DNA from: Pyrinomonadaceae bacterium
GTDB taxonomy: Bacteria > Acidobacteriota > Blastocatellia > Pyrinomonadales > Pyrinomonadaceae
Reading direction: 5' to 3'
DNA: 64,000 nt
NCBI GenBank assembly: GCA_046313635.1
Contig: JBKBYA010000001.1
Location: forward strand, 927,481 to 991,480
Shown in pieces: positions 1 to 9,793 of the stretch. The translations under genes were made by a program, and so were the position numbers. The notes beneath the pieces are model-generated. The model searched no databases and was not told the DNA's origin. It saw nothing but the letters and a program-made list of their open reading frames with translations. The stretch's first letter is position 1, and every line of letters begins with the position of its first letter.

Positions 1-2
1 CG

Positions 3-185
3 GGCAACGTCGGCGGGCAGATGGTAATGAAATACCAGCAGTTTCGGCGACGGGGCCAGCACGACCTGGAGTACGGCACGCCGCTGCGCAAGGCAAAGAC
101 GCTGGCGCGGCCGCTCGGTCTGCTTGGGCTTGTCACGGTCGCGATCGCGGGAGCATACCTGCTTGGACGCAAGAACGATGGGTAA
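3..185 (+). CDS. 3' end of a hypothetical protein with C-terminal hydrophobic anchor (partial, runs off window)
   Basis: Open frame from nt 3 (GNVGGQMVMKYQQFRRRG...LGLLGLVTVAIAGAYLLGRKNDG*) ending TAA at 183-185, followed by a terminator-like hairpin. Confidence 0.55.
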   Translation, partial: GNVGGQMVMKYQQFRRRGQHDLEYGTPLRKAKTLARPLGLLGLVTVAIAGAYLLGRKNDG

Positions 186-221
186 TAACCAAAGCAAGTT
201 GATCTCGCGGCCGCCGAACAC

Positions 222-261
222 AAAAAGGAGGCTGCCCTCTTCAGACAGCCTCTTCTTGTTT
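222..261. terminator. Probable bidirectional intrinsic terminator
   Basis: GAGGCTG...CAGCCTC stem with A-run on the left and T-rich tail on the right, between convergent ORFs. Confidence 0.6.
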
Positions 262-291
262 GATCCTATTGTTTGAAAATCGTACGCGAGC

Positions 292-456
292 CTAACGGCT
301 AACGCTCGGAGCCTTGATCTCGACGTCGACATTCTTGCTTCCGCCCCACGGCATCCCGCCGGCAAAGAAGATCGCCGCGAAGATCGCGACAATTACTATC
401 AACGCTATCGCCCACACAAAATTGGCCGGGCCCGAGCCGCTACCATCATCTGCCAT
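292..456 (-). CDS. Small single-pass membrane protein (54 aa), absent from the ORF track
   Basis: GGGAGG RBS upstream of ATG; MADDGSGSGPANFVWAIALIVIVAIFAAIFFAGGMPWGGSKNVDVEIKAPSVSR*; terminator downstream. Confidence 0.7.
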   Translation of the reverse strand: MADDGSGSGPANFVWAIALIVIVAIFAAIFFAGGMPWGGSKNVDVEIKAPSVSR

Positions 457-474
457 ATTTGTACTTGCCTCCCT

Positions 475-586
475 TATTCGATAGTTCGAATTTTATTCAC
501 CGCGTTCGAGAGCAAGCACGGTGCCACGCTGGAGGCGAGTGGACAGCGGAAATCGAATAGTGAATAGTGAATCGTGAATGGTGAAA
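475..586. repeat. Heptamer tandem array (GAATAGT-like) with partial inverted copies
   Basis: gaatagt gaatagt gaatcgt gaatggt at 555-582; complementary tattcga (475-481) and tattcac (494-500) upstream. Confidence 0.55.
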
Positions 587-692
587 GGGGAGCAAAGGTG
601 AAAAAGCGGTTTCGGGTGAGTCGCCGCGCCGCCATTCGATAGCCCGCCCTGCGTCTCCGGTTCACGTTCGGTCTTCAATTTTTCGACAGTCT

Positions 693-2522
693 ATGAAACT
701 TCGATTCGGGATCATCGCCGGGATCTTTCTCGCCGTGTTTTCGCTGTATCCGCAGATGAAGCTCATCTACGTCCGCGGCGGCGAATGGCAGGGCAATTAC
801 GCGTACAACGACATCGACGAGGTCGCATATGCGTCCTACGTAAAAGCGCTGATCGACGGCCGGCCGCGCAGGAACGACCCGTACACCGGCCGCGACCATT
901 CGCCGGAGCATCCGCAGCCGGAATCGCTCTTTTCGATCCAGTTCGCCGCGCCTTACACGCTCGCCCTGCCGGCGCGCTTTTTCGGCATTTCGGCGCCGTG
1001 GGCGATGACGATCGCCGGAGCGGTCGCGGCATTCCTTGCGGCGGTGGCGGTATTTTGGCTTTTGTTCCAGCTAACGGGCAGCAACTGGTATGCGATGGCG
1101 GGCAGTCTCGTGACGCTTGCGGGCGGGGCCGTCTTTGCAGGCGAAGGCGCGGCGAGCGAGATCTTTTTTGACGGGTTCTCCTATCCGTACTTTCCCGGCT
1201 TTCGGCGATACATTCCGGCGGTGGCGATGCCGGTATTCTTCGCATTCGTCGGCGCGGTCTGGAAGCTGCTGCCGCGGGCCGGCGACGAAGGCCGCGAGCG
1301 CCGGCCGTGGCCGACGATAGCGGCAGCGGCCGTGATGTTCGGCTACGTTGTCTTTTCGTACTTTTACATCTGGACCACGGCGGCGGCGTGGCTGGCGTGT
1401 CTCTCTTTGTTGTTGCTTGCGGTAAGACCCGACGGGTATCGGCAGTGGCTGCGGTCGATACTGCTGGCCGCCGCCGCTATGTCGAGCTTTTTGATCGCGT
1501 ACGCCTTGCTGCTCGCGGCGCGTTCGCACACGATGGACGACGTGCAGCTCCTCGTCAGGACGCACGCTCCCGACCTCGCGCGCGTTCCCGAATACGTCGC
1601 GTTCTTCGTGCTGCTGATGATTGCGGCAGGTGTCGCGACGCGCAGGATCGAGCTTCGCGACCGCGCGACCGTTTTTGTTGCTTCGCTCGCGCTGGCGGTC
1701 TTTGCGGTCTTTAACCAGCAGGTCGTGACCGGGCACTCGCTGCAGCCGATCCACTATCAGGTCTTTATTGGGAACTACGTCGCCGGCCTCGCGCTGGTCG
1801 CGGCGACCGGCCTTCTGCTGCGAGATGCCCGATTCGCGAAGCTGCGGGCGGCGAATCTTGCGTTCGCCGGGTTGGCGGCGGTCGCGGTGACGTGGGGCTT
1901 TATCGAATGTCACTACACCGTGCGAGTTTTGGACGACGTGAATTTGCTCCGCGACCAGCAGATGCCGCTCGCCCGGCGTCTGACCGAACTCGCGGCACAC
2001 GACGCGGCGCCGCATCGATCGGTCGTTTATCATCTCGGCGTCGCCGAAGCTGACGATCTGCCGACTATCGCGCCGCAGGCCACGCTTTGGGCGCGTCACC
2101 AGCATGTCTTTGCCGGCGTCACATGGCAGGAGAACAAGGAGCGTTATTACCAGTACCTCTACTTCCAGGGCGTCAGCGAAGAGCAGCTTGCGTCGTCGAT
2201 GAAGAGCGGCGATTTTGTTTCGATGATCGCTCTCTTCGGATGGGGAAGGCATACCGATCGGCTGAATTCCGAATTCAGGCCCCTGACCTATGGTGAGATC
2301 GACGAGGAGGCGAGAAGCTACGGCCGCTATATCGCCGCGTTTGATCCGCTCGATTCTCCGGAGACGATCATCTCGTACGTGGTCGTACCCGACTACACCG
2401 ACGTCGACCTCAGAAATCTCGACCATTGGTACGAGAGGGACGAGGGCGAAAGGCTCGGCCCCTTTACTCTCTACAAGGTGCGCCTGCGGGGCGCAGAGCC
2501 GAGCGGGCGGGATGACCTTTAA
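693..2522 (+). CDS. Polytopic membrane protein, possibly GT-C-type glycosyltransferase
   Basis: 609 aa, many TM helices, DE pair in first loop (NDIDEVAY), soluble C-terminal domain. Confidence 0.55.
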   Translation: MKLRFGIIAGIFLAVFSLYPQMKLIYVRGGEWQGNYAYNDIDEVAYASYVKALIDGRPRRNDPYTGRDHSPEHPQPESLFSIQFAAPYTLALPARFFGISAPWAMTIAGAVAAFLAAVAVFWLLFQLTGSNWYAMAGSLVTLAGGAVFAGEGAASEIFFDGFSYPYFPGFRRYIPAVAMPVFFAFVGAVWKLLPRAGDEGRERRPWPTIAAAAVMFGYVVFSYFYIWTTAAAWLACLSLLLLAVRPDGYRQWLRSILLAAAAMSSFLIAYALLLAARSHTMDDVQLLVRTHAPDLARVPEYVAFFVLLMIAAGVATRRIELRDRATVFVASLALAVFAVFNQQVVTGHSLQPIHYQVFIGNYVAGLALVAATGLLLRDARFAKLRAANLAFAGLAAVAVTWGFIECHYTVRVLDDVNLLRDQQMPLARRLTELAAHDAAPHRSVVYHLGVAEADDLPTIAPQATLWARHQHVFAGVTWQENKERYYQYLYFQGVSEEQLASSMKSGDFVSMIALFGWGRHTDRLNSEFRPLTYGEIDEEARSYGRYIAAFDPLDSPETIISYVVVPDYTDVDLRNLDHWYERDEGERLGPFTLYKVRLRGAEPSGRDDL

Positions 2523-2551
2523 AAGAAAAATGGCCGCCAACTGGAGCGGCC
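2522..2551 (-). terminator. Intrinsic terminator for the 2575-2874 ORF
   Basis: GGCCGC/GCGGCC stem followed on the minus strand by a T-run. Confidence 0.5.
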
Positions 2552-2574
2552 CTACGTATTGCTAAATATTAAAA

Positions 2575-2874
2575 CTAAGCAGCAAGAAGGTCATTAGACG
2601 TCTCGGCAAAGACCCGACGGCCGTTGATGGCATCGTCGATGATCTCGCGAACGGCCGAAGCGTCAGGATTCACATCCATTCGAGCACAGGCTCGGAGATG
2701 TCGGATGATGCCCTCGGACGCGATCTCCAGGGTCTCACCGGTCAATTTTGTCAATCGGCGAGCCTGGATATGGTCAATCTGAAGAACTCTTTCCTGCAAG
2801 GTAATTGGTCTAGCTGCTGCCACTTTCTCTTCTCCTTCGTGTGTTTTTACCTCCCCGTGGCTCGATGCGTACAT
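2575..2874 (-). CDS. Hypothetical protein (99 aa)
   Basis: ORF with GGAG upstream on the minus strand, protein-like composition, followed by a terminator. Confidence 0.6.
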   Translation of the reverse strand: MYASSHGEVKTHEGEEKVAAARPITLQERVLQIDHIQARRLTKLTGETLEIASEGIIRHLRACARMDVNPDASAVREIIDDAINGRRVFAETSNDLLAA

Positions 2875-3075
2875 ATCAACTCCAAAAGCATGGTACTACT
2901 GCAAAAACCCCCTGATAGTGGAGCTTTCCGCTCAAAGCTTAGTTGATAAATCCAACCTCAAAGTTGCTGAATATGGGCGCGGAACGTCGGTAAAACCCTG
3001 CTTTTGTAACAGGATAATAACAAATGAAACAGGGGTTGTCACTAAGTTTTTTCGCGGGAGAATAGACAAAGTCAA

Positions 3076-3103
3076 GGCCGGCGGAAACTAAATACCGCCG
3101 GCC
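3076..3103 (-). terminator. Terminator hairpin downstream of hup
   Basis: GGCCGGCGG-N10-CCGCCGGCC perfect 9-bp stem with T-rich tail on the minus strand. Confidence 0.6.
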
Positions 3104-3133
3104 GCAAAATTGTTCGGGAATCGATGAGACAGT

Positions 3134-3415
3134 TTAGCTGACAGCGTCTTTCATGGACTTGCCGAGACGGAATTTGACCGTCGTCTTGGCCGGGATCTTG
3201 ATGGTCTCTCCGGTGGCAGGGTTGCGGCCCTCGCGCGCCTTGCGCTTGGCCTTAACGATCTTGCCAAAGCCGGGAACTGTAAATTCGCCGTTCTTCTTTA
3301 CCTCGGTGGTAGCGAGCGCCGTGAGAGCGTCAAAGAGACCTTTAACTTCGGTCTTTTTCAAGCCGGTCTTGTCTGCCAAAGTGCTGATGATCGCGGTTTG
3401 CGTCAATCGAGCCAT
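3134..3415 (-). CDS. hup: HU family DNA-binding protein
   Basis: GFGK...REGRNPATGETIKIPAK..VKFR signature; true start MARLTQ at 3415 with GGAGG upstream (the ORF track over-extends into the tRNA). Confidence 0.95.
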   Translation of the reverse strand: MARLTQTAIISTLADKTGLKKTEVKGLFDALTALATTEVKKNGEFTVPGFGKIVKAKRKAREGRNPATGETIKIPAKTTVKFRLGKSMKDAVS

Positions 3416-3531
3416 AGTTTGAGTAACCTCCAGTTTTATTTGAGAAATAGAATCAAGGTGGATCGGATCGTACGGCCAGATAAACGCGCCGACGACTTTG
3501 AAAGTCTCAAGACCAATCAGTTCAAGCTGAC

Positions 3532-3608
3532 TGGTCGGGGCGGCAAGATTCGAACTTGCGGCCTCACGGTCCCAAACCGTGCGCACTACCAGGCTGTGCT
3601 ACGCCCCG
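3532..3608 (-). tRNA. tRNA-Pro(TGG)
   Basis: Reverse complement CGGGGCGTAGCACAGCCTGGTAGTGCGCACGGTTTGGGACCGTGAGGCCGCAAGTTCGAATCTTGCCGCCCCGACCA: cloverleaf, TGG anticodon, GTTCGAA T-loop, encoded CCA. Confidence 0.97.
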
Positions 3609-3666
3609 TTTTTCAATTGAGAAACAGTAACCAAGCGTCGAATTTTACAGACGAACGCGCAGGCGG

Positions 3667-4275
3667 TCAAGTAAGAGCCGCAAGGAAACCCTGTAAAAAT
3701 CGAACTGCCAAGCGTGTCGCCTGCGCGCGATGACTGATCTCGTCCTTGACCGCCGAGGACAGTTCGCCAAAGGTCTCGTCGTAACCGGCCGGTACAAAGA
3801 TCGGGTCGTACCCAAAGCCTCGGCTCCCGCGCGGCTCGGCGGCGATCGTGCCTTCGCATACCCCTTCGCATCGATGAATTATTCTTCCGTGCTCGTCCGC
3901 GATCGAAACGGCGCAGACGAATCGGGCCGTGCGCAGCTCGGGCGGAACGCCGATCATCTCGCGGATCAGCTTGTCGATCCGCTCTCGATCGGTCGCGTGC
4001 GGGCCCGCGTATCGTGCCGACAGCACGCCCGGCGCACCGTCAAGGGCATCGACCACAAGGCCGCTGTCGTCGGCGAGCGACAACGTCCTCGCAAGGCGCG
4101 CGTAACCCGCCGCTTTGAGGTCGGCATTGGCCGAGAAGGTGTCGCCCGTCTCGCTGACGAGATCGCGGATGCCGAGCTCGTCAAGGCCGACGATCGCCGC
4201 CGGCAGGTCGGCAAGCAGAGAAGCGAGCTCAGCGATCTTGCCTTTATTTCTGGTGGCGACAAGCAGACGTTTCAT
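3667..4275 (-). CDS. rdgB: Non-canonical purine NTP pyrophosphatase (RdgB/HAM1)
   Basis: ATRNKGK, ADDSGL, GAPGVLSARYAG, GFGYDPIF, ISHR motifs; start MKRLLV. Confidence 0.95.
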   Translation of the reverse strand: MKRLLVATRNKGKIAELASLLADLPAAIVGLDELGIRDLVSETGDTFSANADLKAAGYARLARTLSLADDSGLVVDALDGAPGVLSARYAGPHATDRERIDKLIREMIGVPPELRTARFVCAVSIADEHGRIIHRCEGVCEGTIAAEPRGSRGFGYDPIFVPAGYDETFGELSSAVKDEISHRAQATRLAVRFLQGFLAALT

Positions 4276-4434
4276 ATCAGTATGGCCCCGGCATCTGTTA
4301 GACCTTAGCATCGCACGAGATTTTTGTTGCCGTGCTATGCCCGAAAAAGCTATAAATATTAGTGCGGACGCATCACACGTCCGGAGCTCCGCTCGCTGAT
4401 CCCACACTTTTTCTTACTCGTCATCTCTTTGCAA

Positions 4435-5709
4435 ATGAACAACACTGTGACCGATGCGGCGCTCAATGCGACTGCCGCCGCAGATCCGACTTCCGCACAA
4501 CGAGCCGTCCCGCGCGACGCCGAGTTCGAACTCGGTATGTGGCTGTCCGGGGTCGAGAGCTTCTTCGACGCCGGAAGCTCCCTCTTTGCGGACCGGCTCG
4601 GGCAGCGCTCGACCGAACTAAGCGGCGAGATACGTGTCGCGAGATCTGTCCTGCTCTTGTGTGCGACGCTTGCCAACGAGGCCGCGGCGTCGACCGCCAG
4701 ACTGCGGTCGGTATCGCGCGAAGATCTCGACGAACTCTCGCTGAGCCTGTGTGATGCGGTCATCCTCAGCGGCTCACTCGCAAAGTTGGGTTCACTCGAT
4801 TTTGGCGAATGGCGCGCTTTTACCTCGACGACCCTGAGCTGCTTGCGTGCGGCGTCGGCCTTCGAAGACCTGATCGCCAACGCCGAAAAGGTCGCCGAAT
4901 CGGACATACCGCCGCGGCTGCACGAGCTGCTCGAGCATGGAAGCTTTTCGTTTGCCGAGCGCTCGAATCTGCGCTCCGTCGTGATGCGATATTCAAAGGC
5001 CCGCCGATGGATCTCCGAGATCGAGGACCTGCTCCGTCGAGATGAGCCGCTCAAGCACAGCGTGCTGCTCTTTGCTCGTGTGCACGAGCAGATAGGCGAC
5101 GTGGTCCGCTTTATCAACAACCGGCTCAACCGGTCCGAGAATGAGGATTCAGAGATATTCCGGACGCTCGACACGGCGTCGTACACCTCATCGCACGAGC
5201 TTAGAAAGGTCTTTGACGACGAGCTCTCTGGCATCCTCGCCGTCAGGCCCGCACCGACCATCTTTGCTCGTATCGGCACCGCGGCCTCGCTGCTCAAGGA
5301 TGGTATCGAGCAGGTCCTGCTGAGCGTAGCGCGGCTCGCCGAGCCCGGCATAAGGCCGGATGAGATATTCCCGCACTTTAAGCAGAAGTTTGAGTTCTCG
5401 CTGCTTTTGCGATCTGAGCTTGCGGGCCTTGTCGCCGACGTGAGCGCTTGTGAAGGCGATCCGTCCAAGGCAAGGGTCGAGCAGCTCAGCCACCGCCTCG
5501 CGCAGTTCTCCGCCGGGATCATGCCGGCGCTGTATTACAAAGATCGCGACACCTTTGAAAGGTTTGTAGAGGAGATCAGGCTGACATCGGGCCGCTCAGA
5601 TCTCGTGCCGATACTTCATCGATTCGGCGCGTATCTTGAGACGCTCTTCGGCCACGTCAATAATCGTACGATCCTTTCGGGCCACCCTTTCGATCCGTCG
5701 AATAAGTGA
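4435..5709 (+). CDS. Hypothetical, predicted all-helical protein
   Basis: ~424 aa ORF with normal codon bias; no recognised motif. Confidence 0.7.
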   Translation: MNNTVTDAALNATAAADPTSAQRAVPRDAEFELGMWLSGVESFFDAGSSLFADRLGQRSTELSGEIRVARSVLLLCATLANEAAASTARLRSVSREDLDELSLSLCDAVILSGSLAKLGSLDFGEWRAFTSTTLSCLRAASAFEDLIANAEKVAESDIPPRLHELLEHGSFSFAERSNLRSVVMRYSKARRWISEIEDLLRRDEPLKHSVLLFARVHEQIGDVVRFINNRLNRSENEDSEIFRTLDTASYTSSHELRKVFDDELSGILAVRPAPTIFARIGTAASLLKDGIEQVLLSVARLAEPGIRPDEIFPHFKQKFEFSLLLRSELAGLVADVSACEGDPSKARVEQLSHRLAQFSAGIMPALYYKDRDTFERFVEEIRLTSGRSDLVPILHRFGAYLETLFGHVNNRTILSGHPFDPSNK

Positions 5710-5718
5710 TCGCAGCTC

Positions 5719-8241
5719 CTACTGCGAGCGCAGGGTCGCGAGCGGCTTTCGAAGCAGCACGTCAAAGCTCGCACCGACGCCGACAAGCAGCACGAGAAGG
5801 GCCGTTCCGGTAATCCCCGCAAAAAAGACGGCGGCGTCAAAGCGCCACTCGATATTCAACAGATAGCGGCTAACAGCCCACGACAGCAGCGCCGCGAACC
5901 CCGACCCGATCAGCCCGGCCAAAAGGCCCAGCAGGCCATACTCGGCGAGAAGGATGCGCGTCAAACTCGCTCGCGTCGCGCCGAGAGTTTTGAGGACGGC
6001 GTTCTCGTAAACGCGCTGCGACTTGGTCAGCGCGATCGAGCCGATCAGGATCAGGATGCCGCTCAGTATCACGAACGAACCGACGAACGATATCGCCAGC
6101 ACAAAATTGTTCACCAGCCGCTGAACCGTCGCGATGATGTCGGCGACGTCAAAGACCTGCACGTTCGGAAATCGGTCCAGCACCTCTCGCTGCAGGCGCT
6201 GCCGCTCGGTCGCGCCCGCGCGGCGCAGCACGGTCGCCGCATAGCTCTGCGGCGCCTTTTCGAGCGCGCCGGGCCTGAAGACGAACAAGAATGCGGTCCG
6301 CGTATTTCGCAGATCGATCTTTCTGACGCTTGCGACGCGGGCCGTGATCTTGCGGCCAGAGATGTCGAAGGTGATCGAGTCGCCCGGAGCGACGCCGAGT
6401 GTGCGAGCGATGTCCTCTTCGACAGAGACCTGCGGCTCGACCGGGTCGTCGCCCTGCCACCATGAGCCGGCGACGATCGACTCGTTCTCGTCGAGCTCAG
6501 GGCGGTACGTTACGGCAAATTCGCGCCCGATCACGCCCTGCTGCTGCCTGACCTCACGCTGCTTGTAATCGAAAGGCTCGCCGTTGACGAATGCAACCCG
6601 CGCCCGCACGGTCGGGATGGTCTCGGGCTGCTCGCCGAGACGTTCGGCGACTAGATGTCGAAGCTCGTCGATCTGGCTCTTTTGAATGTCGACAAAGAAG
6701 AGACTCGGCAAACGCCCGCTGCGCGTGAAGTCAAATTCGCGGACGAGATTTGAAGCAAGCGACTGCACCGTCAGCACGACAAACGCGCCGAGGCCGACCG
6801 CGAGCAGGATGATGCGCGTTTGATTGCCCGGACGGTAGAGGGAATTGATCGCTTGTCTCAGCGAAAATGAACCGATCGACCTCACGCCGCGCAGGACGCG
6901 CGTCAGCGCGACAGCCGAGAGAAACAGGATCGACGACGTCGCTGCGAGCCCGCCGAGAAAGAAAGCTCCGATGCGCAGCGACCCGGCCTGCCAGACCGCG
7001 AGACCGAGCAGCCCGGCGATCGAGACCGCGCCGAGCGCGAGGCGGACGCGGTCAAAGCGGCTGAGTTGAGTGTTATTCTCGTCGCGCAGCAAAAGCCGCG
7101 GCTTGATGCCGCGCACCTGCAGCAGCGGCAGCAGCGAGAAGATCAGCGAGATCAGCACGCCGAGCACGACGCCCTGCAGGCCGGTCGCGGCGCTTACGGC
7201 GTACGTCATCTTTGCCGGCAGCGCCTCCGCAAACCGCCACTTGACCAGCAGCAGTGCGCCTTGCGCAAATGCGACGCCGGCAAGGCTGCCGATCGATCCG
7301 AGCACGACGATCTGCGTGAGATAAACGGCAATTATCCGCGTGCCGCTCGCGCCGAGGCACTTCAGGACGGCGACCGTGCGACGCTTTTGCTCGACGAATG
7401 CGCGGGCGACATTCCAGACGCCGACGCCGCCGAGCACGAGGATCAGCAGGCCGGTCAGCGCGAGATAATTTTCGGTGCGTTCAAACTGCTCGCCGAGCCG
7501 CTCCTGCTGCTCGCGATACGAGCTGACCTGCAGCGTCGTCCCGCGCAGGCGGTCGCGAAGTTCGGCGACGAGCCGGGTCGGATCCTCGGTCGTCCGCAGC
7601 AGTATCCGCCGGCGCGTGCGATTGCTGCGTGTGATGCCTGCGTCGTCAAAGGCCTTTTTCTCGACAAACACGCGCGGGCCGAGGCGGAAGCCGCTTGTTC
7701 CGCCGGGTTCCTCGTCAAAAACGCCGCGGATCTCGAAGGTCGCTTCGCCGACGCGGACGCGATCGCCGATCTCGACCCCGAGATCGTCGAGCACGATACG
7801 CGCGACGACCGCGCCGCCATTCTGCAGCAGAGCAAAGTCGAAGGGCCTGCCGTCAGCGAGATAAAAATCGCCGACGAGCGGGAATGGCGGCTCGATCCCC
7901 TTTAGCTCGACGAATTTGATGTTCGGGTTTGCCGCGTCGGCCGAGCGGGCCATCACGGCCGACGTGATCGTCTCGCTGCGAGCATCGACGATGCCGCTGC
8001 GCAAAACTGCATCCTCGATCTTGGCGACGTCGGCCGGCGCAAAGTCGCTGGTCGAGCCGATCTCGACATCCGCCGTCATCAGTGCACGAGCGTCCACGCC
8101 GGCCGCGAGCGTGACGTTGCGGATCAGCGAGCGAAGCGCGACGACCGAGCCGACGCCCAGCGCGATGCAGAGAAAGAAAAAGACGAGCCGCCGCCATGAC
8201 GATCGAAATTCGCGGCGGCTGAGGCTGAGGATAAATCTCAT
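5719..8241 (-). CDS. ybbP: ABC transporter permease, YbbP/FtsX-like with duplicated domains
   Basis: 840 aa, two MacB/FtsX repeats (VAVLKCLGAS; NAVLKTLGAT), FFVDIQ motif; coupled to the ATPase. Confidence 0.85.
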   Translation of the reverse strand: MRFILSLSRREFRSSWRRLVFFFLCIALGVGSVVALRSLIRNVTLAAGVDARALMTADVEIGSTSDFAPADVAKIEDAVLRSGIVDARSETITSAVMARSADAANPNIKFVELKGIEPPFPLVGDFYLADGRPFDFALLQNGGAVVARIVLDDLGVEIGDRVRVGEATFEIRGVFDEEPGGTSGFRLGPRVFVEKKAFDDAGITRSNRTRRRILLRTTEDPTRLVAELRDRLRGTTLQVSSYREQQERLGEQFERTENYLALTGLLILVLGGVGVWNVARAFVEQKRRTVAVLKCLGASGTRIIAVYLTQIVVLGSIGSLAGVAFAQGALLLVKWRFAEALPAKMTYAVSAATGLQGVVLGVLISLIFSLLPLLQVRGIKPRLLLRDENNTQLSRFDRVRLALGAVSIAGLLGLAVWQAGSLRIGAFFLGGLAATSSILFLSAVALTRVLRGVRSIGSFSLRQAINSLYRPGNQTRIILLAVGLGAFVVLTVQSLASNLVREFDFTRSGRLPSLFFVDIQKSQIDELRHLVAERLGEQPETIPTVRARVAFVNGEPFDYKQREVRQQQGVIGREFAVTYRPELDENESIVAGSWWQGDDPVEPQVSVEEDIARTLGVAPGDSITFDISGRKITARVASVRKIDLRNTRTAFLFVFRPGALEKAPQSYAATVLRRAGATERQRLQREVLDRFPNVQVFDVADIIATVQRLVNNFVLAISFVGSFVILSGILILIGSIALTKSQRVYENAVLKTLGATRASLTRILLAEYGLLGLLAGLIGSGFAALLSWAVSRYLLNIEWRFDAAVFFAGITGTALLVLLVGVGASFDVLLRKPLATLRSQ

Positions 8242-8912
8242 CCGGCGACGGCGTCCTCCACCACGCGTCCGTCCTGCAGGACGATCTTTCGCTGCGCCTG
8301 ATCGGCAAGCGCGGCGTCGTGGGTGACGAGCACGAGCGTTACGTTATTGCGGCGGTGCAGGTCCATCATTAGGTCAAAGATGTGATGGCCGTTCTTTGAG
8401 TCGAGATTCCCGGTCGGCTCGTCGGCGAGCAGTATCGACGGCTCGTTCGCAAAGGCTCGTGCGATAGCGACGCGCTGCTGCTCGCCGCCGGAGAGCTCGG
8501 CCGGGTAATGATGGCCGCGGTTTGTGAGACCGACCTCGTCGAGCAGACGATGCGCGCGTTCCTTTGCGTTCCTGAGCCCGAGTATCTCCATCGGGATAAG
8601 GACGTTCTCAAACGCGGTCAGACTCGGGATCAGATGAAACGACTGAAAGACGAATCCGATCTTCCGGCTGCGGATCGAGGCGAGCTGGTCCTCGCCGAGG
8701 CTCGTTATCTCGTCGTCGTCGATCGCGATCGTTCCGGACGTCGCAGCGTCGAGGCCCGCGATCAAACCGAGCAGCGTCGACTTACCGCTGCCCGACGCAC
8801 CGGTCACCGCGACGAACTGCCCGTCGGGTATCGAGACCGAAACGTCGTCAAGTATGGTCAGGTCGTCACCGCCGGAGCGCACGGTCTTGGTCAGATTTGA
8901 GATTCGGATCAT
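8238..8912 (-). CDS. ybbA: ABC transporter ATP-binding protein (YbbA/LolD-like)
   Basis: [34 protein letters not shown]. Confidence 0.9.
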   Translation of the reverse strand: MIRISNLTKTVRSGGDDLTILDDVSVSIPDGQFVAVTGASGSGKSTLLGLIAGLDAATSGTIAIDDDEITSLGEDQLASIRSRKIGFVFQSFHLIPSLTAFENVLIPMEILGLRNAKERAHRLLDEVGLTNRGHHYPAELSGGEQQRVAIARAFANEPSILLADEPTGNLDSKNGHHIFDLMMDLHRRNNVTLVLVTHDAALADQAQRKIVLQDGRVVEDAVAG

Positions 8913-9030
8913 ATTTTAATTAACTGAAAGGGTGAACCGATCCCGCGCCCGATCCAAACGTCCGCGCCAACAGCTGCCGGGTGTCGCGGCATCCAAACGC
9001 GCATCGATCGCGTATCGTGCTTCAGAGCTT

Positions 9031-9723
9031 ATGCGAAATATTATTCGAATAACGGCGGCCGCGGGTTTCACGTTTCTTATATGTTGGACGCTCGCGTGCG
9101 GTGCCGCAAGCCGCGACGCGGGGCCGGTCGGGCAGGCCGCGAATAAGCCGCTCGCGCTGCCCAGGCTCGATAACGAGCGTCCGAAGATCGTCGCTTTCGG
9201 CGACAGCCTGACGGCCGGATTCGGTCTGGCCGAGAACGAATCATATCCATACCTGCTGCAGCAAAAACTTGTAGCCGACGGCTACGACTACGAGGTAGTC
9301 AACGCCGGCGTCTCGGGCGAGACGTCGCTCGGCGGACTCGAGCGCATCGATTGGGTGCTCGAGATGGAGAATGTAAAGGTGCTGATCCTTGAACTCGGCG
9401 CCAACGACCTGCTCCGCGGCGTGCCGCCCGCGAAGATGAAGGCAAATCTCGACCAGATCATGCGCAAGGCCAAAGCAAAAAATATCAAGGTGCTCCTCTG
9501 CGGAATGATCGCGGCGCCGACGATGGGGGCCGATTACCAGCGTCAGTACAATTCGGCATTCCCCGACCTCGCGAACGAACATAAGACGGGATTTGTGCCG
9601 TTCGTCCTCGAGAACGTCGCGCTCAAACGCGAGCTCAATCAGGCCGACGGCATCCACCCAAATGCAGAGGGCGAAAAGATCATGACGGAGACGATCTACA
9701 AGGAGCTGCGAAAAATGCTCTGA
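9031..9723 (+). CDS. tesA: SGNH/GDSL arylesterase (TesA-like), probable lipoprotein
   Basis: FGDSLTAG, NAGVSGETS, ELGANDLLRG, DGIHPN; divergent from ybbAP as in the known conserved arrangement. Confidence 0.9.
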   Translation: MRNIIRITAAAGFTFLICWTLACGAASRDAGPVGQAANKPLALPRLDNERPKIVAFGDSLTAGFGLAENESYPYLLQQKLVADGYDYEVVNAGVSGETSLGGLERIDWVLEMENVKVLILELGANDLLRGVPPAKMKANLDQIMRKAKAKNIKVLLCGMIAAPTMGADYQRQYNSAFPDLANEHKTGFVPFVLENVALKRELNQADGIHPNAEGEKIMTETIYKELRKML

Positions 9724-9793
9724 TACAGCACCGGGCGGTACGCTCGTTGCTCTGAAAATTCGGCATTCCGATCGGACAAGGGGGAGATCAAGA

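Noticed and set aside
3416..3586. N-terminal extension of HU in the ORF track
   Set aside because: Overlaps tRNA-Pro; the real start has an RBS at 3415
2522..3608. Genomic island integrated at tRNA-Pro (AT-richer DNA beyond its 3' end)
   Set aside because: No integrase and no duplicated tRNA 3' end noticed; neighbours are housekeeping genes and promoter DNA
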